Source of the DNA: an uncultured Rikenellaceae bacterium
GTDB taxonomy: Bacteria > Bacteroidota > Bacteroidia > Bacteroidales > VadinHA17
Assembly: GCA_964599235.1 (NCBI GenBank)
Contig: CAZRDX010000052.1
Span: forward strand, 7,235 to 71,234
Direction of reading: 5' to 3'
DNA: 64,000 nucleotides
In this document: one piece after another, positions 1-7,800 of the stretch
Numbering within the stretch: position 1 is the stretch's first letter
Layout of the letters: every line of letters starts with the position of its first letter
Notes under the pieces: model-generated
What the model was told of the DNA's origin: nothing
The model's input: only the letters and a program-made list of their open reading frames with translations
The model's database searches: none
Position numbers and translations under genes: made by a program

Positions 1-12
1 AAACAAGGGTGA

Positions 13-52
13 GCGGGAGGATCTCCCGCCTCATTTCTCAGCTCTTTTTTTT
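13..52 (+). terminator. Possible intrinsic terminator of an off-window upstream gene
   Basis: 7-bp GC-rich inverted repeat GCGGGAG / CTCCCGC (13-19 and 23-29, 3-nt loop) and a T8 run at 45-52. The T run lies 15 nt after the stem, further than usual, so the call is weak. Confidence 0.25.
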
Positions 53-58
53 GTAGCA

Positions 59-1321
59 GTGTCCTTGGGTCTGGCCTGGGCGATGCGTGGTCATTTCGGT
101 CATGAGTGGGGAGCTTCCTGGGCTGGTGCCGTAGGTGTTCTGGCACTGGTGCTGGTGACGGGGCGGCGCGACTGGGCCCGCAAAGCGCCCGTTCTGGCGG
201 TGCTGGGCGCCACAGGATGGGGTGCCGGCGGCATGATGAGCTATGGCCAGGTGGTGGGCTACTGCCGCAGCCTCTCTTTCCCCGACGCTCTTTACGGCTA
301 CACCATGCTCACCGTCATCGGTGCCTTGTACGGCTTTACCGGAGGGGGCCTCACAGGCCTGGGACTGGAAGAAGAGGAAAAGAAAAAGGCCGACTGGGCG
401 CGTCTCATGGCCGAGATGGTAGCCGGTGCCATTCTGGCCTGGGGGCTGCTGGTCTACCAGATGGAATGGCTGATGACGCCGCCGCGCAGCGAGTTGTGGG
501 CCGCCATGCTGGGCGCCGCCGGCGCCCTGGCGTGGTACCTCGGCCGCAACGGCTACCACCGCGCCCTGCGCACCGCCGCCTACAGCGCCCTGGGCGCCGG
601 ATTCGGCTTCTCCTTCGGCAACCTCATCCAGACCCTCGGCAGCACCTCCGGCCTGCATTACAACTGGTGGAACGTGATGGAGTTCTCCCTCGGTTTCTTC
701 GGCGGGCTGGGCATGATGTGGGGGGTCCTCACCACCTCCTGGCCCGTCAGTCGTCCCGCCGGCACTACCGGCAACGGCATAGCCGCCTTCCTGCTCTTTC
801 TTTTCATCCCCTTCACCAACCTGGTCAACGCCATGGGCAGTGCCCGTTTCATGGAACGGGCGACCCGTCTGAAGCTCGACGTGTCTCCCTCCTTCGGCAC
901 TCATCAGATGTGGGCTGCTGCCGGCGTGATGCTGCTCTTTGCCATCCTGCTCATGCTGGCATGGCGGCGCTGGGGCGGCGACGAAGCACAGGCCCGCCGG
1001 CGGGCCGTGCCGGCGTTGTTCTTCCTGATCACGCTCGAATACAACCTCTTCGCCTACCTGCAGCTCCTCTTCTTCCGGCAGCCTTTCAGCATGGGCCGCT
1101 CCGAGACCCTCTACATCTTCATCCTGGCGGCCCTCTTTTTCTGGTGGTATGCGGAGCTGCGCCGCAAAAACGCCCCGCCCGTCGACGGCGGCATCCAAGA
1201 AACACCGCAGCGCTGGACGACCATCCTCCTGCTGCTGGTCCTGGTGCTGCTGGTGCTCACCTTCATCTCCGTTCATGCCCACGGCCCGCTGCCGGGAGCC
1301 CACGAACGTTTCAGACCTTAA
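59..1321 (+). CDS. Polytopic membrane protein of unknown function
   Basis: 420-aa ORF with GTG at 59 (first in-frame ATG at 83). About 10 or more hydrophobic Gly/Ala/Leu/Trp-rich segments. G/C-rich third codon positions match the neighbouring genes. No family motif recognised. Confidence 0.6.
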   Translation: MSLGLAWAMRGHFGHEWGASWAGAVGVLALVLVTGRRDWARKAPVLAVLGATGWGAGGMMSYGQVVGYCRSLSFPDALYGYTMLTVIGALYGFTGGGLTGLGLEEEEKKKADWARLMAEMVAGAILAWGLLVYQMEWLMTPPRSELWAAMLGAAGALAWYLGRNGYHRALRTAAYSALGAGFGFSFGNLIQTLGSTSGLHYNWWNVMEFSLGFFGGLGMMWGVLTTSWPVSRPAGTTGNGIAAFLLFLFIPFTNLVNAMGSARFMERATRLKLDVSPSFGTHQMWAAAGVMLLFAILLMLAWRRWGGDEAQARRRAVPALFFLITLEYNLFAYLQLLFFRQPFSMGRSETLYIFILAALFFWWYAELRRKNAPPVDGGIQETPQRWTTILLLLVLVLLVLTFISVHAHGPLPGAHERFRP

Positions 1322-1328
1322 AAAAACG

Positions 1329-2564
1329 ATGCTTATGGAGCGCTCTCCCCATACAACCGCACGACGTACCCTCCCTTTTCGGGGGTGGTGGCTCACCTGT
1401 CTGGTCCTTTTTCTGGCACGGCCCGCCGGCGGGCAGGTGCAGGGCCTCGTCACCGGCGATCTTTTCCCGCTGCAGCATGAGCATGTCCACAGCAGTACAT
1501 TGGTGGAGCTGCCCGGTGGCGACCTGCTGTGTGCCTGGTTCGCCGGCAGCGGCGAACGCAAGGCCAATGACGTACGCATCATGGGTTGCCGCAAAAAACC
1601 GGGCCAGCCATGGAGCCTGCCCTTCCTGATGGCCGACACCCCCGGACTGCCCGACTGCAATCCGGTGCTCTTTCTCGACCGCAAGAAAAAACTCTGGCTT
1701 TTCTGGATCGTCGTACGTGCCAACCGCTGGGAGGCATCCCTGCTGAAATACCGCACCTCCACCCAGTACGCAGGGAAAGGAGCTCCCCGCTGGGAGTGGC
1801 AGGACGAGGTGCTCCTGCAACCCGGCGACACCTTCGCCACCACCATACACGCCCGTTTCCGGTCGATGGAGCTGCCCGAGTTGGCGTGGTCCGAGTACGC
1901 CCCGTCATACGAAGAGATGATCTACCGTGCGGCCCTCGACCCCGTGAAGCGCTCGATGGGGTGGATGACACGCACCCTGCCGCTGCAGCTCCCCTCGGGA
2001 CGCATCCTCCTGCCCCTCTACTCCGACGGTTACAATCTCTCGCTCATCGCCCGCAGCGACGACGACGGCACCTCATGGCAGGCCTCGCTGCCCATCGTGG
2101 GACGGGGCAACGTGCAGCCCGCCCTGGTCAGGAAAAAGGACGGCACCCTCATGGCCTGGATGCGCGACAACGGCGACGCCCCCGGCCGCATCATGACCAG
2201 CACCTCGCACGACGACGGTATCACCTGGACAGCCGCCCGCAAAAGCGACCTGCCCAACCCCGGCTCCAGCGTCGCCGTCATCGCCCTCCGCAACGGACAC
2301 TGGGTGATGGTGTACAACGACACCGAAAAGGGACGCCACCGTCTGGCGGTGAGCCTCTCCACCGACGAAGGAGAGAGCTGGCCCTTCACCCGTCACATAG
2401 AGAACGACCCCGGCGGAGAGGACAGCTACTCCTATCCCACCGTCATCCAGACACGGGACGGCATGATCCATGTCTCCTACTCCTGCTCACGCGGCGTCTT
2501 CGGTGAGACCATCCGCCACGCCCTCTTCGACGAGTCGTGGATCCTCGGCGACGAACACCCCTGA
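1329..2564 (+). CDS. BNR/Asp-box repeat sialidase-like protein (GH33-like, BNR_2 type)
   Basis: ORF 1149-2564 trimmed to ATG 1329, 7 nt after the previous stop. N-terminal signal-like segment WWLTCLVLFLARPAGG. Asp-box motifs ARSDDDGTSW, TSTSHDDGITW and LSLSTDEGESW. C-terminal YSYPTVIQTRDGMIHVSYS. No FRIP motif seen, so true sialidase activity is not assured. Confidence 0.75.
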   Translation: MLMERSPHTTARRTLPFRGWWLTCLVLFLARPAGGQVQGLVTGDLFPLQHEHVHSSTLVELPGGDLLCAWFAGSGERKANDVRIMGCRKKPGQPWSLPFLMADTPGLPDCNPVLFLDRKKKLWLFWIVVRANRWEASLLKYRTSTQYAGKGAPRWEWQDEVLLQPGDTFATTIHARFRSMELPELAWSEYAPSYEEMIYRAALDPVKRSMGWMTRTLPLQLPSGRILLPLYSDGYNLSLIARSDDDGTSWQASLPIVGRGNVQPALVRKKDGTLMAWMRDNGDAPGRIMTSTSHDDGITWTAARKSDLPNPGSSVAVIALRNGHWVMVYNDTEKGRHRLAVSLSTDEGESWPFTRHIENDPGGEDSYSYPTVIQTRDGMIHVSYSCSRGVFGETIRHALFDESWILGDEHP

Positions 2565-2577
2565 TCACGCAGCGACG

Positions 2578-5520
2578 ATGAGACATCTCCTCCACATACC
2601 GTCCTTCCGGCTGCTGCTGCTACTGCCGCTGCTCTTCACCATGTGCGGTCATGGGGAGGATCCCGTGCAGGAGGTGGATCCGTTCATCGGCACGGGGGGT
2701 GAGGGACATCTCTGGCCGGGGGCTGCTCTTCCTTTCGGGATGGTACAGGTAAGCCCCGACACCCGTACCCACGGTCATGCCGCCTGCGGCGGCTACTACC
2801 ACCCCGACACCCTCATCCTGGGGTTCTCACATACCCATCTGCCAGGGGTGGGAGAGCCGGAATACCGCGATCTTCTGCTGATGCCGGTGACCGGCACACC
2901 GTGGCTCGCCACCTTTGGGGAAGGTAGGCCGCTCACCGGCTATTCCAGTCGCTACCGTCATACGGACGAGGAGGCCGTTCCGGGCTATTACCGCGTCTTC
3001 CTCGACGACCCCGGCATCACGGCCGAGGTGACGGCCACCGCTCGCTGTGCTCTGCACCGTTACACCTTCCCTGCCTCCGACAGCAGCGGGGTGATCATCG
3101 ATCTCACCTATCCCGGAGGCGCCGAGGCACTCATGCTGCGACGCCACGGCGACTGCGAGCTGGCAGGCTACCGCCGCTCCCACGGCTGGGCCTGGGACGA
3201 ACATCTTTATTTCGTGATCCGCTTCAGCAAACCCTTCACCGCCTTTCTCCCTGTTGTCAACGATACCCTGTGCCGCAACCGCGACAGCATCGCGGGGAAG
3301 AACATCCGGGCCCTCGTGACTTTTCCTACCAAGAAAAACGAACAGGTGCTCATCAAGGCAGGGCTCTCGGCCGTGAGCATCGACGGAGCAAGGAAGAACC
3401 TGGAGGCGGAGCTGAACACGTGGGATTTCCCGAAGGTACGACAAGCAGCCCGCTGCGCCTGGCAACGGGAGCTGCAACGCATCACCGTGGAAGGCGGCAC
3501 ACCCCGTGAACGGACCCTCTTCTATACCGCGATGTACCATGCCTTTCTGGCCCCGTACCTCTACATGGACGTCGACAGCCTCTACCGGGGTGTCGACCAC
3601 CGCATCCACCGGGCCCGCGGCTTCACCAATTACACTGTCTTTTCACTGTGGGACACCTACCGTGCGCTCCATCCCCTCTTCACGCTGGTGCAGCCCCGAC
3701 GTACGAACATCTTCATCCGCTCCCTCCTGGCCAAGTACGACGACGGAGGCCGTCTGCCCATGTGGCCGCTGGCAGGCAACTACACCGACGACATGATCGG
3801 CTACCATGCCGTGGCCGTCATTGCCGACGCCTGGATGAAAGGCCTCCGCGGTTACGACCCCGAAAAAGCCTGGCGGGCCATGAGTGAGGTGGCCAGGCTC
3901 GACAGACTGGGACTGCGCTACTACCGCGAGCGGGGGTACGTGCCCGACGACCGGCAGGGCGAGTCGGTGTCGAAGACACTGGAATATGCTTACGACGACT
4001 GGTGCATCGCCCGCATGGCCGCCGCCCTGGGCCACGGCGACAGCCTCATCTTCTACCAGCGGGCCCTATCCTACCGCAATGTCTTCGACACCGTCACCCT
4101 TTTCATGCGTCCGCGCCGCTGGGACCGGAGCTGGTTCTCCCCCTTCGATCCGCTCTCCGGCCATGGTTTCACTGAAGGAAATGGCTACCAGTACCTTTAT
4201 GTGCCCCACGACATGGAACATCTCATTGCGTTGATGGGGGGCGACTCCCTCTTCTGTGCATGGCTCGACACTCTTTTCACCCGTGAGGGCGGACACCGGG
4301 GCAAGGCCTGGATCGGGCAGTACAACCAGGGCAACGAGCCGAGCCACCATCTGGCATACCTGTACAGTTTCGCCGGCCGGCCGTGGAAGACCCAAGAGCG
4401 GGTGCACCGCATCATGGAGCAGTGCTACACCGACCGTCCGGACGGTATCAGCGGCAACGACGATGCGGGACAGATGTCGGCCTGGTACATCTTCTCCGCC
4501 CTGGGATTCTATCCCGTCCTGCCGGGTGCACCCTGGTACGTCCTGGGCACGCCGCTGTTCCCGCTGGTCACCCTGCACCTGTCCGGAGGTCGCACTTTCA
4601 CCATCGAGACGAGAGGCGGCGGAGAAGGCCGTTGTTTCATCCGGGCTGCCGAGCTGAACGGCCATCCTTTCCGCCGCACCTATCTCACCCATCAAGAGAT
4701 CATCCGGGGAGGCCGGCTGGTGCTCCATATGGACAGCCTGGCACACCCGGCCGCCCTGACGGAACGCCCTCCCTCCACCGGCATCCCACCACTGACACGG
4801 CGCCCCTGGCTGAAAGAGGGAAAACGCCTTTTCCTGGACAGCACGCTTATGATCCTTGCCTGTGACCATGCGGATGCGGTGATCCGTTACACGCTCGACG
4901 GTACCCTCCCCGGGCCGGACGCAGCCCGTTATACGGGTCCTTTCGTCGTGGACAGCAGCGTCATCCTGACCATGACGGCCCGGGCACCGGGGATGCTTCC
5001 CTCGGCACCCGTCACCATCCGGCTGGAAAAGGCCCGTCCCCTGCCCGCCTCCTCCACCGCATCCCTGGCACCGGGCCTGCACTACAGCTATTACGAACGT
5101 TTCTTCGTCACCACCGGCGATCTGCTCCTGATCCCCCCTCTCACCTCCGGCATCACCCCCCGGGTGGATCTCTCCGTATCGCCACGCACCACCTACTTCG
5201 GCCTGCGCTTCACCGGTTACCTCCGGGTACCTGCCACCGGCATCTATACCTTCTTCCTCGCCTCTAACGACGGCAGCACCCTTTATCTCGACGACCGGAG
5301 GGTGGTGGAGAACGACGGCAACCACCCCCTGGTGGAAGAGTGGGGCAGCATCGCCCTGGAAAAAGGCATGCACAAGATGGAGGTACGGTACTTCCAGTGC
5401 GGCGGCAGCCGTGACCTCAGGCTCTCCTGGCAGGGACCGGACCTCCGCAAACAAGAGATCCCTGCACCACATCTTTTTCACGAAAAAAAATGGAAAGAAA
5501 GCACTCAACCAGAAAAATAG
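2578..5520 (+). CDS. GH92 alpha-mannosidase lipoprotein with C-terminal CHB_HEX_C-like plus PA14 cassette
   Basis: ORF 2470-5520 trimmed to ATG 2578 (lipobox LLFTMC). GH92 motifs VDPFIGTGGEGHLWPGAALPFGMVQVSPDT, GNEPSHHLAYLY and SGNDDAGQMSAWYIFSALGFYPV. C-terminal AVIRYTLDG then FTGYLRVPATGIYTFFLASNDGSTLYLDD (PA14-like). Confidence 0.9.
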   Translation: MRHLLHIPSFRLLLLLPLLFTMCGHGEDPVQEVDPFIGTGGEGHLWPGAALPFGMVQVSPDTRTHGHAACGGYYHPDTLILGFSHTHLPGVGEPEYRDLLLMPVTGTPWLATFGEGRPLTGYSSRYRHTDEEAVPGYYRVFLDDPGITAEVTATARCALHRYTFPASDSSGVIIDLTYPGGAEALMLRRHGDCELAGYRRSHGWAWDEHLYFVIRFSKPFTAFLPVVNDTLCRNRDSIAGKNIRALVTFPTKKNEQVLIKAGLSAVSIDGARKNLEAELNTWDFPKVRQAARCAWQRELQRITVEGGTPRERTLFYTAMYHAFLAPYLYMDVDSLYRGVDHRIHRARGFTNYTVFSLWDTYRALHPLFTLVQPRRTNIFIRSLLAKYDDGGRLPMWPLAGNYTDDMIGYHAVAVIADAWMKGLRGYDPEKAWRAMSEVARLDRLGLRYYRERGYVPDDRQGESVSKTLEYAYDDWCIARMAAALGHGDSLIFYQRALSYRNVFDTVTLFMRPRRWDRSWFSPFDPLSGHGFTEGNGYQYLYVPHDMEHLIALMGGDSLFCAWLDTLFTREGGHRGKAWIGQYNQGNEPSHHLAYLYSFAGRPWKTQERVHRIMEQCYTDRPDGISGNDDAGQMSAWYIFSALGFYPVLPGAPWYVLGTPLFPLVTLHLSGGRTFTIETRGGGEGRCFIRAAELNGHPFRRTYLTHQEIIRGGRLVLHMDSLAHPAALTERPPSTGIPPLTRRPWLKEGKRLFLDSTLMILACDHADAVIRYTLDGTLPGPDAARYTGPFVVDSSVILTMTARAPGMLPSAPVTIRLEKARPLPASSTASLAPGLHYSYYERFFVTTGDLLLIPPLTSGITPRVDLSVSPRTTYFGLRFTGYLRVPATGIYTFFLASNDGSTLYLDDRRVVENDGNHPLVEEWGSIALEKGMHKMEVRYFQCGGSRDLRLSWQGPDLRKQEIPAPHLFHEKKWKESTQPEK

Positions 5521-5570
5521 GTATTTAAATACCTATTTAAATGCCTATTAAAATACCTATTTAAATAGGT
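5519..5570. repeat. AT-rich tandem array of four 12-bp units with two perfect 16-bp palindromes
   Basis: Units read directly: aggtatttaaat / acctatttaaat / gcctattaaaat / acctatttaaat, then aggt. AGGTATTTAAATACCT (5519-5534) and ACCTATTTAAATAGGT (5555-5570) are perfect palindromes. The array starts inside the TAG stop of the GH92 gene and ends 9 nt before ATG 5580. Confidence 0.85.
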
Positions 5571-5579
5571 AGATAGCAT

Positions 5580-6899
5580 ATGAAAGAAAGACACGGTAAG
5601 CGGAACAGAACGAGATCTCCGGAAGGGCATCCCGCGACAGCGTCACGCAGGAGCGGAAAGGAGAACACAGGCACGGTCCTGACATCATGTGTGTTCATCT
5701 TCTTTCTGCTGTTTTCCGTCGGGTGCCGCACCGACGGAGAGGCGGGGGGCGGCCGTTCCATTGGCTGGGACGACGACGGCATGCTGGTGATCGACGGGCG
5801 TCGCATTTTCCTCCTCGGCAGTTACCATCTTCCGGCAGGTGAGGCACCTTTTGCGCAGCTGGAGCGGGAGGGGTACAACTATGTGAAGGTTCCGCCGGTG
5901 AGGGCGCTCCTCGACAAGGCCGCTGCACACCACTTGCGTACATGGGTGGTCACCGGTTCGCTGCACGGGGGCACGGCTGCCGCCGACAGCAGCCGCATCG
6001 TCGCCCTCCTCGACACGCTGGCCTCCCATCCGGCTCTTCTGTGCTGGGAAACGGAAGATGAGCCGGCCTTCACCTGGAGGGCTGACACGCCACGCATCGC
6101 CCCCGAACCCCTCATCCGCACCTACCGTCTCCTGAAACGAATCGACCCCCTTCATCCCGTCTACACCAACCATGCCCCCCTCAATCTGGTCACCACCCTC
6201 CGCCTCTACAACCCTGCCACCGACATCGTCGCCTGCGATATCTACCCCATCCTGCCCCGCGGTATACGGCCCCAGTATGCGCTCAACGACGACGGCCGTC
6301 ACGGCGATCTCCTCAACTGCTACCCAAGTCAGGTTGGAGAGTATGTCGATAAGATGAAACGCGTGGGCGAAGGGAAAAAACCGGTGTTCATGGTTCTGCA
6401 GGCCTTTGCCTGGGAGATGTTGCGACCTCCGGCCGACCGTGACACCTCCATGGTGCTCTATCCCACCTACCGCCAGTCGCGCTATATGGCCTGGGATGCC
6501 ATCGTCCACGGCGCCAACGGGATCTTGTACTGGGGCAGGGCCTACACCCCACCCGGCACCCCCTTCCTGTCCGACCTGGCACGGGTGACCCGCGAGCTGG
6601 CCTCCCTGCAAGCCATCCTCACCGAACGTGACGAAGAGATCAACTTCCACATCACCTACCACGAGACCGGTCACTCCGTCGACGCCGGAGTGGAAATGAT
6701 CCTTAAAAAACACGGGAAACTTTACTATCTTATCACTGTGAACTCCGACAAGAACCCCCTCAGGGTGACCCTGAACGGCATGGAAGAATTCCGCCGGGCC
6801 AGGGTACTGACAGAGAACAGATCGCTCACCATCCGGGATGGTGCGCTCACAGACACTTACAAACCTTTTGATGTGCACATCTATGAACTGGAAAAATGA
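5580..6899 (+). CDS. Putative TIM-barrel (clan GH-A-like) glycoside hydrolase lipoprotein, family unassigned
   Basis: 439-aa ORF with lipobox FLLFSVGC after an unusually long basic N-terminus. WETEDEPAF resembles the acid/base strand of clan A hydrolases. VFMVLQAFAWE may be the nucleophile strand. GANGILYWG lies near the C-terminus. Family not recognised by eye. Confidence 0.55.
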   Translation: MKERHGKRNRTRSPEGHPATASRRSGKENTGTVLTSCVFIFFLLFSVGCRTDGEAGGGRSIGWDDDGMLVIDGRRIFLLGSYHLPAGEAPFAQLEREGYNYVKVPPVRALLDKAAAHHLRTWVVTGSLHGGTAAADSSRIVALLDTLASHPALLCWETEDEPAFTWRADTPRIAPEPLIRTYRLLKRIDPLHPVYTNHAPLNLVTTLRLYNPATDIVACDIYPILPRGIRPQYALNDDGRHGDLLNCYPSQVGEYVDKMKRVGEGKKPVFMVLQAFAWEMLRPPADRDTSMVLYPTYRQSRYMAWDAIVHGANGILYWGRAYTPPGTPFLSDLARVTRELASLQAILTERDEEINFHITYHETGHSVDAGVEMILKKHGKLYYLITVNSDKNPLRVTLNGMEEFRRARVLTENRSLTIRDGALTDTYKPFDVHIYELEK

Positions 6900-6906
6900 A
6901 AGAACG

Positions 6907-7788
6907 ATGCCGAGGATCTTCTCCTTTTTTCGCCGTCCTTTTCGGCTGATGCTGGCATGTTGGCTGCTAGGTACCCTTTTCGCCTGTTCGCGCCGTGATG
7001 CTGAGGTGACCGATTATCCTCTGGAGCGGGTATTGCAGCTTTTCCATGATGAACGGGCGCCGCAGGTGCTGGTGACGGCACACCGGGCGCGTCACACCCG
7101 CTACCCCGAAAATTCCCTGGCAGCCATTCGCGATGCCATTGCCGGGGGTGCCGACATCGTCGAGGTGGATGTACGTACCACCCGCGACGGACGCATGATC
7201 CTGATGCACGACAGTGACATCGACCGCACCACCGACGGCCGGGGCAAGGTCAAGGATCTCACCTGGAAAGAACTGCAGCAATACCATCTGCAAGGAGGCG
7301 GCGACACCTGCCGCATCCCTCTCCTCGAAGAGGCCCTGCTGACAGCCCGCGGCCGGATCATGGTCGACCTCGACATGAAAGGCGTACATGTCCTCCCCCT
7401 GGTCCGAATGGTACAGCATACCGGCACCGCCCGCCAGGTGATCTTCTTCGATGCCGACACGGCTGTCCTCGACAGTGTGCTGCTGGTCGACAGTACGCTG
7501 ATGATCATGCCGCGTGCCCATGACACCGCCGAGCTGCGGAGGCTCCTCATCCGCTACGACGCCCCCGTCGTCCATATCGACGACAGCTTTTTCACTCCCG
7601 AGGTCGTCCGGGCCATCCGTGACGACGGCGCCCGGGTATGGATCAACGCCCTGGGCAAACCCGACCTCATGGCCGCTGCCGGCATCTGGAAAGGTTATAA
7701 GGAACTGACCGGCGGCGGCGCGGGCATCCTCCAGACCGACCGGCCCGTGAGACTAAACATATACCTGACAAAGCAAGGATTACGATAA
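6907..7788 (+). CDS. Glycerophosphodiester phosphodiesterase (GDPD) family lipoprotein
   Basis: ORF 6838-7788 trimmed to ATG 6907 (lipobox GTLFAC). GDPD motifs HRARHTRYPENSLAAIRDAIAGGADIVEVDVRTTRDGRMILMHDSDIDRTTDG. Confidence 0.85.
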   Translation: MPRIFSFFRRPFRLMLACWLLGTLFACSRRDAEVTDYPLERVLQLFHDERAPQVLVTAHRARHTRYPENSLAAIRDAIAGGADIVEVDVRTTRDGRMILMHDSDIDRTTDGRGKVKDLTWKELQQYHLQGGGDTCRIPLLEEALLTARGRIMVDLDMKGVHVLPLVRMVQHTGTARQVIFFDADTAVLDSVLLVDSTLMIMPRAHDTAELRRLLIRYDAPVVHIDDSFFTPEVVRAIRDDGARVWINALGKPDLMAAAGIWKGYKELTGGGAGILQTDRPVRLNIYLTKQGLR

Positions 7789-7800
7789 AACCGTTCAGAC

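Noticed and set aside
1149-1328. N-terminal extensions of the tracked ORFs: 1149-1328, 2470-2577, 6838-6906, 16759-16836, 25173-25394, 36360-36434, 52061-52159 and 52338-52454.
   Set aside because: The extensions overlap the preceding gene or have non-protein-like composition. In each case an internal ATG is followed directly by a signal peptide, lipobox, TAT motif or the canonical family N-terminus (for example MCLAVPG for HypC).
38-1846. Very long antisense or out-of-frame ORFs throughout the window. Examples: 38-1846 (-), 4066-5508 (-), 5685-6878 (-), 8446-10080 (-), 12453-13697 (-), 15272-16765 (-), 25686-27287 (-), 29628-31040 (-), 32195-34069 (-), 36231-37841 (-), 42883-44058 (+), 46847-48325 (-), 58065-59135 (+), 59160-60260 (+), 62700-63983 (-).
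   Set aside because: Each lies opposite or out of frame to an ORF with clear family motifs. Their translations are low-complexity, Arg/Gly/Pro/Ala/His-rich, with no motifs. This is the expected shadow-ORF artefact of GC-rich coding DNA with few stop codons on the antisense strand.
5519-5570. Possibility that the 12-bp AT-rich tandem array is a CRISPR array or mobile-element end.
   Set aside because: The units are contiguous 12-mers with no spacers. There are no cas, transposase or integrase genes nearby and no flanking direct duplication. A regulatory or structural DNA element is more plausible.
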